A DNA stretch of 27,728 nucleotides, taken from assembly GCA_002269645.1 (NCBI GenBank), contig NIVC01003914.1, positions 1 to 27,728 on the forward strand, in the 5' to 3' direction. Below are positions 1 to 10,300 of this stretch, in pieces; position 1 is the first letter of the stretch; each line of letters begins with the position of its first letter. The stretch is from Macrostomum lignano (Eukaryota). The position numbers and the translations under genes are program-made. The notes under the pieces are model-generated. The model ran no database searches and was not told the origin of the DNA. It saw only the letters and a program-made list of their open reading frames with translations.

Positions 1-1655
1 TTGTTTTTTGATTTGCTATTATGATGATATTTATAATTAATGTTTTACTCTATATACAGCTATAGAGATGTTTTTGAATTACAACTTGGTATTAGCAGTG
101 GGATTAAAATTTCTAATATATAGAAATATTAACATTATAACAAATTGGTAACAACATGATTATTCTAATATAGGAAATAATCATTGACAACTAGAGTAGA
201 ATACTTTAAAAAAGTAGAAAAAACACTCTTATTGTATGTTTATAATATAGTACATATTCCTAGCTAAATTTAGATAAAAAAATAGTTCTCCTAGCTTTTG
301 AAAATAATAAAGGCCAAAATGAAATTAGTATATAATTTAGTATATTTAGACTAGAGCATTATGGACAAACATACAAACTTTAGAGGTTTAATATATTTAG
401 ACTTGCAACTCATTAAGAAGTTAGAATACATACAAACAAATTTTGTCTAAGCATTAAAATATTTTTATTTAGGCCTATTTTTACTTTTACTTTTTATTTT
501 CATTCTAATATACTTACTACAATCTAGACTATATATGTCAAGAATTTGTATGGATTTTAATCACTAATAATAAATAAACTAATAAAAAATAGACACTGAA
601 TTCTTCATATAAATTTGGCACTAAAGTAACCTATTATCAAAATGGATATTATCCATTCACTCAACACTCACTAAAGTGACTATCACCCTATAATATACTC
701 TAAAGATCATATTGAATGGATGCTAGAATTTATGCCAGAACTAAATATATAATACATGGTGTCTCATATGCTTAACCTGGGGCCTTATCTAGCTATTTCT
801 ATTAGAAATATACATATATAGACCTATTGGATAGAATATTGGTCATATAACTACTCTTAGTCAATAGCAAAAACATGTATATGTTGCCAACAGAAATGGC
901 GAAGTGATTCACAAGGTTGTACATATATAATATTGCATAACAAACTAAATGCATACTAGAAAATTCTAGTATAAATTATATCCTCTAGTTCTTAAATATG
1001 GTAATTACCAAACTATCACAAAGTATAAAGAACTATAATTACTACTAGTCTGTAAGTGTATATAGTATATCTAACCTTGTATTATACTTATATATAATAT
1101 AAAACAAACATTTTTTTAGATAGCATACGAAACTATACTTTAGACTATAGACATTCACATAGTTACTTAGTAAGTAGGCCTAACTTAAGTAAGGACTACA
1201 ACAGTTTCAATGACTTGCTAATCTATATATATGTAAAAGGAAATTTTAAATTAAAATTAGACTTGTTTGTTTAGAAATAAATAAATTTAGCTTTCCTATA
1301 GCCTATATATAAAATAGGCCTAATTTAATTAGGGCAGCTTTCAATTACTTCTGTTGCTAACAACTTATCTGGCCTACTAAAATCTATATAAATAAAGCTT
1401 GTTGGCCAATACTATTTAATTATAATAGGCATGCATTTCTATAATTGCATGCAAATTTTTGCTTTATTTATGCTTTATTTGCTTTAAGTAAAAATACTTA
1501 TAATAATATTGATAGACTAAAAAACTTTAATGTTTAAAAATCAAAAAGCTATTAAATATTTGTCTAGACTAAGTCACTAATATGACATTTTAAGAACTTG
1601 AGTCTGAGATCTCAAGCTTCTTTAAAATTAATATGCTAAGCTATCTTAACTAACC
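1..1655. other. AT-rich, CpG-depleted block (probably a decayed repeat; continues off the left edge)
   Basis: Only 2 CG dinucleotides seen by eye (~900, ~1128) while GC dinucleotides are common. CpGs resume abruptly at ~1658. No ORF and no recognisable protein motif in the frames I translated. Confidence 0.6.
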
Positions 1656-2999
1656 CACGAAACAGCCGGAATTCATACTATAAGAATCAAGAAGATTCAT
1701 ATCAATTTTTATACTGGAATCGGTATTCTGAGCGACACAAGATTTAAAATTCCAGTGAAAACACATTATAACAATGACATCTATATTAATAAAGAACGGA
1801 ATACTTTTTAAAACTCAAAAAAGACTATAAAATCAAAATTGCAGCCAGGCACCTTGTTTACAATTTTTATATCAACATTTTAAGGAAAAGGCCAACAAAA
1901 TTTGCAGAATTGCTTTTAGGTAAAAAGCCGTAACTTTTTATGACCTTTTCTGCTCAGCTTATCTTTAGTGAGAATCAAATGCATGTTTCAGACAAAAATA
2001 GAAATAATCCTGATAATAATACTTCAACTGGCAAAATTACAACGATAATATCAATATGATCTCTTAATTCTGCTTGTGGCTGCTAGTTAGCGCAAACTGG
2101 CTATATACATGTATGTTGGTGAAATCGAGCTGTCGAGGGTGCCCGATGCCCTTGATTGATTGATTGATACGATAGAATTGTTGATTTGATTGCCGTTGTA
2201 GCGAGTTAGTTGGCCTCCTTAGATGTTTCTCAAACTTAGCAGATCTTGTCTGCTTTGCCATTCTTAGCAGATCTTCTCAATCTGCTCGGTTCTTACATGA
2301 TCTTCTAAGATGGGATGGGAGGTACATTTGTTTTGTTATTTATTTTGCCAAAGTGTTCTAGCTGAACTTTATTTTATTTTATGACAAAATGGGACAATAA
2401 ATTTAAGAAAATATGCGATTCGAAGCTATAAAAAAGATATAAAAAGCTAAGATCTTGTACGATGTATAGCAAGTCGCCCAGATCTGGTAAGTTTTATAAC
2501 ATAAGTATTGTTATAGCGAAGATCTTGCACGTTCTTGCAGGTACTTGCGCAGCAACCCAAGAAGATAGATCAGATCTGTCAAGAATAAACAAGTCAATGT
2601 CTTCTAGGGCTGTTGTAGTCAACATACTAAAGACCGCCGTGTGCTCTGCGGCCGTTGACCGCGCGATATCGACGAACTTCCCTTTTGTTCCGTTACATGT
2701 GCACATGGTACATGTAGAACATGTACAGTAGTTCAGTCTTGCAGTCCGTCAGCCACTATAAGACCAGACCGCCGGTGCCAATAGCTCCATCATCGAGACC
2801 GTTGTTGACATATATATACACTGAGAAATGTGTTCACTAATTAGTGTCCAAATGTGTTTAACTTAAAAAGCCAATTAAGCCTCTCCGTTTATACATGTAC
2901 ATGTAAGATCTGCTGATCGCTATACATGTAGCTGAGATGCATCTAATATAAACATGATGTAGAAACTTTCCATTAATGAAAGTTCCTGGGGTGAGCAAT

Positions 3000-3863
3000 C
3001 AGTGTTGGGCACTTCCGTTACCGAGTAACTTGCAAATGGTAACGCAAGTTACTTTTTCGTAAAGCGTTCCTTACGCAAGTTACTTTTTTATTTTAGTAAC
3101 GGAGTAACGGTAAGTTACTCAAATTTCAGAAGTCCGTTACAGTTACTTTGCAACAATCGCAATATTTAAATTTAAAACTGAAATGCTTAGCTATTACGCC
3201 GGTTGTCACATTTTTTTGCATTTTTCATTCCTAATTCAAAATTAAGTGAATAGTATCATTTGGTATTGCGCTTTAATTAATGAAGAAATACTTAAAACAT
3301 GTTTTGCTTAGTTATAATTTCAGTAAAATATTTTCGCCTTTCATTTTATTTTTCAATTTTTATTTCTCATTTTCAATTTACTAAAAATTTCAAGTTTGAT
3401 TCAAACAAACAACCAAAGAAAGAAATTCGTCTGTAGCCTCCACAAGTCCCTCCACTGGCACTGCAGTACACTACACCATTTTATACAGTTATTTATTTTA
3501 CTCTATTGAATTATTGATATTCGTTTATTTTATCATTTATAATTTTAATTATTGATTGCCATTGCCCATCGGTCCTTCTACTTGCCTCACATCGTGTCGC
3601 CAATTGCTGTCTCTGTCTGTTAATCGGTTAATCCCAATGCCCAATGGCAAATTTCGGTAACAACAATGTAAAAAAATGCAATGTGAAAAAAGCAGAAAAT
3701 TTTGTTAATAACATGGGTAACGGAAGTGAGTAACGGACAGTAACTTAAAAGTTACCGGGTTTTTGTCTAAAGTTACTAGGCTAACGTAAGTTACTTTTTA
3801 AAAATTGGTAACTTAAGTTACAGTAACGCAAGTTACTTTTTTTGAGTAACTTGCCCAACACTG
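3000..3863. mobile_element. Non-autonomous hAT-type MITE (864 bp)
   Basis: TIRs CAGTGTTGGGCA / TGCCCAACACTG. Perfect 8-bp TSD TGAGCAAT at 2992-2999 and 3864-3871. Dense subterminal GTAAC/AAGTTACT repeats at both ends, AT-rich non-coding middle. Confidence 0.92.
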
Positions 3864-3897
3864 TGAGCAATAAGTTTCTGGATGCGAGCAGACAGTT

Positions 3898-4945
3898 TCA
3901 CTTTAGCAAGTCAAAGTTTTTCAAAGTGCAGTACTCTCCAGAAGAGTCGATGCACGATTGCATTTGCTCAAACTTATTAATTAGCAGCTTAATCAGTCCG
4001 AAGCAGGCACCTCCTTGAGATGCTCGATTAAGGCTTCCACTGCAGCTTCCGGTGGACCCATATCGAATGACCCCGCATTGCGTTGATTTGCGGAAACACA
4101 AAAAAGTCGCATGGGGCCAGGTCCAGACTGTAAGGATGGATGACTAAGCTCTTGGATGCGCTATTCAATATTTAGCCAGAAACTCGGCTATTCTTGCCTG
4201 GACTTGTGGGCCGGGGCGTTGTCGTGATGAAGAAGACCAAGAGTTTGAGTTCTTGGACGACGCTCACAGAGAGCGCTCAGCACTTGGGGCATGTACATGT
4301 ACCAGTCACCAGTGACTGTGCGTTGCTGCATAAGTGGCATCGTGGCCAGATGACCCACAAAAACTGCCACCATTTGCTTTGCAACGCTGCGTTACCGCCG
4401 GAGTTTCGAAGGTGGGGTGCCTTTAACAGGTGTTCACTGGGCCAACTGCTGCTTAGTCTCTAGGTCAAAACTGTAGATCCAGGACTCATATTGCCACTGG
4501 CGATTTCCCATAAGACTGAGTTTGAGCGGCCACCATCGAATCTGCTGAGCATATATTGTGGGACCATGTCACTCGAGTCTGCTTTTGTTCCTGGGTCAGA
4601 TGATGGGGTACCCTGCGGGCAAAAATCTTGGTAATTGTACGAATGCTTCTTCCCGATGAGATACCCAACTCAGACTATTTGGGCCACGTTAACTCTGGCA
4701 TCAACTTCAACCATGGCTCGAATGGCAGCAACATTCTCATCACCGTCCGCTGCACTCCTGATCATCTTCCAGACTCAGTCTCGCTCATCGAAATTCAACA
4801 AGCCACTGAAAAACAGTGGATCTACAAGGGTGCCTCACCTCTGAAAGCGGCTCACAGGCGATTGAAACTCTCCTGTTGACGAAGACCATGTTTTTAAAGT
4901 CATAAAAAATCATATGGCTCTCTAATGTCCTCTGTTGAGTTCCAT
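3898..4945 (-). pseudogene. Mariner transposase pseudogene (multiple frameshifts and stops)
   Basis: Manual translation gives MELNRGH..RA.IFYDFKHGLRQQESFNRL, ARRVPHHLTQEQKQTRV (WVPHEL motif), ESWIYSFD.ETKQQ, TVTGDWY, LLHHDNAPAH, HP.YSLDLAPCDFF and SCIDSSGEY. Confidence 0.92.
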
Positions 4946-6109
4946 TGTGACTTGACAGATTTGGTAGGGTAATACTAACTTGCTTTGGGTGTAGCTCTCG
5001 CTATATATAAGTTAAGAGCTACGCTCGTAAAAAAGTCCACAACTAATATGGCATGATATTCTACTTTACAGGTGCAAAGGTAAATTTTGTCTATCACCTC
5101 TGCTAAGTACACCCAGAAACCTATTGCGCAGCCCTCGTATAACACTGTATCCTGTAGGATTTGATTGCTATTGAATCCAGGCCTCAACAACCTAGAGCTC
5201 AGTTGCGTCTTCACCTTTAGAAGGTGCAAAAAATGCTTTTCCATAGCATGCAACGGCAACGCTGTTTTTCATTTGGGGTTGCTATGGATTGCTGCAGACA
5301 TTTTTTTGCTATCCAGCTTTTTCGTAGATTTTTGACGGCCAATTATCAATTCGAAATACTCAATTTTTTATCTTGAATTTTAAAGGCCCGCGTTTTACTC
5401 CTAGAATTTACATATTCCTTCTCAGAGGACTGGTGTAGCATGTGATGTAAGGTGCATCCTGTAGACGATGTATATATTTCATACATTACATGTGTAAGAT
5501 AGTATAAATTAGTATTTTTAATTGCAAATAATTGCTACTGCCTAGTATTTGTAATTGTGTGCTGTTGCGAAGTACTGTACGTATATTCACATTAGAAATT
5601 CACAAGCAAAACTAAAATGACTTCTTATTGTTAAGATCGAGCAACCGTCGCGCCTCAAGGTTTATTTTTATGTTGCTCTGTAATTTCTTGCATTTTTAGT
5701 TGCTAATATTGCAGCAATTTATTATTCTGCATTAGACAAGTGCATGCATACTTCATTGAGTAAAGTGATGTGGTAGCGAATTTTCTACCAGATTTAGGAG
5801 TTCCAAACCAGAATCAGCTGTAGGAAAGATAAAAAACTAGGGCAGTAGCCGTACGGCCGTAGCCAAAGATGAAAAAAAACAATTTTGCTGTACTTTTAAG
5901 TGAATTGTGCCTTAAAAAACTACCTGAAAGTTGTTGATCCAGCTGCATCTATGACCAGAAGCTGGAGATTGAGGGAGGTTATAGTAGAGCAAGATAGGAA
6001 GGAGACGATATGTATATTATTTAATAAGCATAATGGTGCTATATTGAAAGAACATAAACAAGAGGCGCCTTTCTGTTTCTCTAGCAATATGAGCTAGCTT
6101 TATAGCTAA

Positions 6110-6420
6110 CAATGATAATAATAATAATAGTAATAGTAATTATTCATTACACGGGTACCTGTCCCAATTGGGACAGATGTGCAACCGACAGCTCAGCCGC
6201 AGCGGTCGTTTAATCCAAGGACGCCACAAGAGGTCGCCACACCCGCCCTCAATTACCCCAGCTAATGCTGGCACCCAATTTTACAGCTGCATGGGTGAAC
6301 TGAAGCAATGCAGAGTTTAAGTGTCTTGCTCAAGCACACAATTTTTCCAGTGGGATCGTGAATCGAACCCCGACCTTCCAAGTCATGAGTCCGACGCTCT
6401 AACCACAAGTATAGGCTACA
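6110..6420 (-). mobile_element. tRNA-derived SINE with conserved central domain and (TAT)n tail
   Basis: Minus strand carries an A-box GTGGTTAGAGC, a tRNA-Met-like CTCATGA loop and a B-box GGTTCGATTC. These are followed by TGTGCTTGAGCAAGACACTTAAAC..TTCACCCA..AAATTGGGTGCC (CORE/Meta-SINE-like) and a TAT/ATT microsatellite tail at ~6110-6145. Confidence 0.75.
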
Positions 6421-6623
6421 ACCTTAACTAACTACAAAGTATTGCTACAAAGTAGGTTGTTAGCTAATAATGTATCATATCAATGGCTTAGAAATAACAA
6501 CAAAACAGATACCGAAAACTTCTGACATGAAAAAAAAATAGTTCAGTATACAAACTGTGTATGCTCTAAGGAAGGAAATTTAGCTATAGCTAATAAAATT
6601 ATGAAAGGTAGAAAATTACCCAA

Positions 6624-6925
6624 TCAACTTCGAATTCGACGAAGTGAGTGAAATTCGTCAATTAAGATAGGAAGGAAGAGCGTGTCAATGACAAAAAGCT
6701 GAGCAAAGTGACTTCAAACTCGACGAAATAATCTTGAACTTTTGTCCCTACAGCCAGTTTGTAAACTTTTCCCCCTCTCGTCCATATTTTCTGCCACTTT
6801 CGCAATCCTTCTAAACATTTTACATTTACATTAACATTTAATACTCGTAGCTTTGAGCATGCCCACAGATAATAAATACCAGGTATTTAGTATCTGTGGA
6901 GCATGCCTGACGAATTCGAAGTTGA
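6624..6925. mobile_element. MITE-like element with 15-bp TIRs and an internal ~50-bp palindrome
   Basis: TCAACTTCGAATTCG (6624) and CGAATTCGAAGTTGA (6911-6925) are perfect inverted repeats. Near-perfect palindrome at 6857-6906. No clear TSD. Confidence 0.55.
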
Positions 6926-7298
6926 AAAGGTATACATAGTAGAACGTTGAATAGATTTTATATCAATTTCTATTGCTCTGCTCTGCAGAAGATGTTTTAT
7001 CAAACTAGCTCGTATTTGTGATTGAGAAAGAAAACAGGATTTGTGTTACAATAGTTTTTCTGACGATCGCAAGTTAGTAGAGTAGAGTATTTCAGGGAGA
7101 GTAAGCTCTTTTCCATACACCTGAGGTTCTTCCATAGACAATTGTCCATAGACCACTGAAGTTAGTTGAGTGGTCTTACTACGAGCGTATTGCCAAAGTG
7201 CTGTTTATAAAGATTAGTGGGTTAGTGTTCGAACAGGGCCGGTGGAGGGGGGGTTGCTACTTTAGATATATTAGAAGTGTTCGAATCAAAACCGTCAC

Positions 7299-7386
7299 TC
7301 AGAGCTTGGTGCTGTTGCCAACAGAATCTTCGGCCAGTCCAGCTTCGTTTTCTTTGCTCTCTTCCGTCCAACCGGCTGAGCCAGTC
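7299..7386 (-). CDS. SLC22 coding exon 9 (TGSAGWTEESKENEAGLAEDSVGNSTKL*)
   Basis: Acceptor TTTGTTTCAG. Phase matches exon 8. Ends in a PDZ-like STKL then TGA. Confidence 0.75.
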
Positions 7387-10300
7387 CTGAAACAAACAGA
7401 AGAGATGCGTTTCCGCTAGTTAGCATTGTGCAAACCTCAATATTGGGTACTACATTGCTCCCTATAGTGTACCAGCTCATTTATTCGAGTACTTGTTTTG
7501 GCAATCAGCGGGTGCTTCAAATTATCGTTTCAAGTTTGCATAAAACAGATGCACTAAAGCATTTAATGTGCCAATTACACTAATCTCCGACTCGGAGCTA
7601 TTGAGACATTATGTACACAGTTGGTCATCAATCCATGTGAATCATCTCAGTCTCAGAGTGACTAGCTACTCGTATGCACTCGAGAGTTAGATCGGGCACA
7701 GATCGTGGGTTACGTCGGTCGCAGATGGTGCGTTAGCTACATCGGGCACAGATCGTGAGTTTCATTGGTCGCAGATGATGTGTTAGCTACATCGGGCACA
7801 GATCGTGAGAGTTTCATTGGTCGCAGATGATGTGTTAGCTACATCGGACACAGATCGTGAGAGTTTCATTAGTCGCAGATTATGTGTTAGCTACATCGGG
7901 CACAGATCGTGAGAGTTTCATTGGTCGCAGATGATGTGTTAGCTACATCGGGCACAGATCGTGAGAGTTTCATTGGTCGCAGATGATGTGTTAGCTACAT
8001 CGGGCACAGATCGTGAGAGTTTCATTGGTCGCAGATGATGTGTTAGCTACATCGGGCACAGATCGTGAGAGTTTCATTGGTCGCAGATGATGTGTTAGCT
8101 ACATCGGGCACAGATCGTGAGAGTTTCATTGGTCGCAGATGATGTGTTAGCTACATCGGGCACAGATCATGAGTTTCATTGGTCGCAGATGATGTGTTAG
8201 CTACATCGGGCACAGATCGTAAGTTTCATTGGTCGCAGATTGTGCTACAGCGGATATAGAGTGTCACTTTTTTTCAAATGAGACGTTTCTGGTGCCGAAA
8301 TTCATAAACTATGCCCACTTTGGGACTTAGAGTTCAAGATAAATACACAAGTCAAAGATTACTTCAAATCCTAACTTCTTTCTGTCTAGAAAAGTTGAAT
8401 GTTTTTGCTTAATTTTGAAGCACCCGCTTTAACAAATTTTTCTAAAAACAGTATTCGACGGTTTCTCTTTGCAAATTGAGCGGCACCTGATGGAGATCAT
8501 TTGCTCCAGCGAATCTGGCAGCTTTCTGTTCCCAGTCTCTGGCACGAACATCGCCAGCAAGACGGCCGCTACAGAGATTGAGACGAAAATGGAATACGCC
8601 AGCACCGTGCCAGCCTTGCCAGGGACAAAGTTTTGCTAAAACGTGATGCGAAACGAGTGAACGAGTGGCGGCCACGGCGAGTATTTTTAAATAGCGAAGA
8701 AAGCAATGGCAAGGTCAGGCGGAAAACGTGGGACGCATGTACATGTAGAAGAGTCGGGGGTAATTTGGGCAGTAGCTATACTTACAATATCAGCAAGGGC
8801 CGGAGCGAACAGTGTGCCAATTCTGGCGCACATTGAGCTTGTTGAGACGCCGATATTTCGAATGCTAGTCGGGTAGAGCTCAGCCGTCCACAGGTAAATT
8901 ACACCAAAGGCTGTGGTGTTGAACAGCTTGCCAAGCATTGATAGGGTGATGATCAACCAGGAGAGATCTGTATTAGTTAATGAGCAGGTATAAAAAGCCT
9001 AGAATACAATTTGTGCTACACTGTACCATGCAAAATAATGGAACTTTTGAATAGGATAGTGTAAATGGAGACTGCACCGTAAGAAACAACTGAAGTAAGA
9101 AAGCCTAACTTAGAACACTACTGGGATTAAATGTACACCATTTTGCAAGCGTCGACAGGCGCCCAAACTCCCTCATTCGGCCGGCCCGGAAACGCTTTCC
9201 AAGCTCCGCGGCTCTTCAGCCTGTGGGCAAAAAGGAACTCCGGACGGGAGGCAACAAGCAACGGAGAAGCGAGCCCGAATAAGCGCAAATGGCTGATTTG
9301 AGACTTACCGGGAGCCAGTAGTACTACAAGCAACAGTCCGAAAAGTGACACGGCCGACAAGCTGTTGAAGGCGACGCAGACAACTTTGCGGCCTAGTCGG
9401 TTGACGGTAGCATGGCCGAGGATATAGGCCGGGAATTCCACCATAGCGGTCAGCAGAGAGGTGAGAAAAATGCTGCCAGGCAGGGTGCCGGAGCCCATTA
9501 TGAGACCGTAGTAAACCAGGGCTATGGAGAACCTGAGGGGGCGGCGGATTGGATGACAAACAATAATATGAAGCGGTGAAGTTCACTTCTAGCTCGAAAT
9601 TAGAAGTGTTTCATAGAACAATCCTACAATCATAGAACAGTCCTGCAATCATAGAACAATCCGGCGGCTCTTAGAAGCCTCTGATTTACTTTTAGGAAGA
9701 ATTTCTCTTCAATAGATTTCACAGCATTGAATACTTTCTACACCGCAGGTGGGCTAATTACAACCTAAAGACCGCTGAGCTCACCAGTTGAAGCAGATGA
9801 TGCAGTACTCGGCCAGCAGCCTAGGAGCCTGGCAGATCAGCTGGCGAGCCGCTACGGCAGCAGCTCGGAAGCGATGTCGCCACCTGGGCTCCGATCGCTG
9901 GCCACTGCCGTCGTCAACGCGAACCGCAGCACAATCCGTCGACGCTTCCGTTAACGAGGGCGTCACCTTCTCGGTGCTTCTGCCGCCACCGCCGCCATTG
10001 TCGGGACCGTCTCCTTCTAGCACGGAGTCGAGCTCGCGACCAATGTCAACAGTAGCCCGATTGAGCCGGGCCATCCGCCTGATGACGTCGCGGGCTTCGT
10101 TGACGCGGCCTTTGTGCAACAGCCAGCGCGGCGACTCCGGCACAACGGCCGGCGGCAGGGAGGCCACCAGCACCAGCAGCACAGGAGCGGAGAGGACCAA
10201 CTGCAGGTGACGCCAGTCGCTGTACAAAAAACATTAGAGCAGACTTGTTTGAGTTAGTAGTGTGAATCTGAACACCCATAATAAAACATAATAATGACTT

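Larger units (their letters stand above)
2985..5137 (-). mobile_element. Mariner (Tc1/mariner, DD34D-type) DNA transposon, degenerate, with a nested hAT MITE
   Basis: Right TIR reads TA-CGAGGGCTGCGCAATAGGTTTCTGGGTG on the minus strand (TA at 5138-5139). Left TIR reads CCTGGGG-TGAGCAAT-AAGTTTCTGGATG once the 3000-3871 insert is removed; about 23/30 identity. Length without the insert is 1281 bp, typical of mariner. Confidence 0.9.

Noticed and set aside
1-1655. Fungal RIP signature
   Set aside because: TpA is high, but CpA/TpG are not depleted in the lines I counted; only CpG is lost.
6350-6420. tRNA-Met gene
   Set aside because: It has A/B boxes and a CAT loop but no acceptor stem, and runs directly into a SINE body and tail.
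7691-8240. CRISPR array
   Set aside because: Units are contiguous near-identical tandem copies with no unique spacers, in a eukaryotic intron, with no cas genes.
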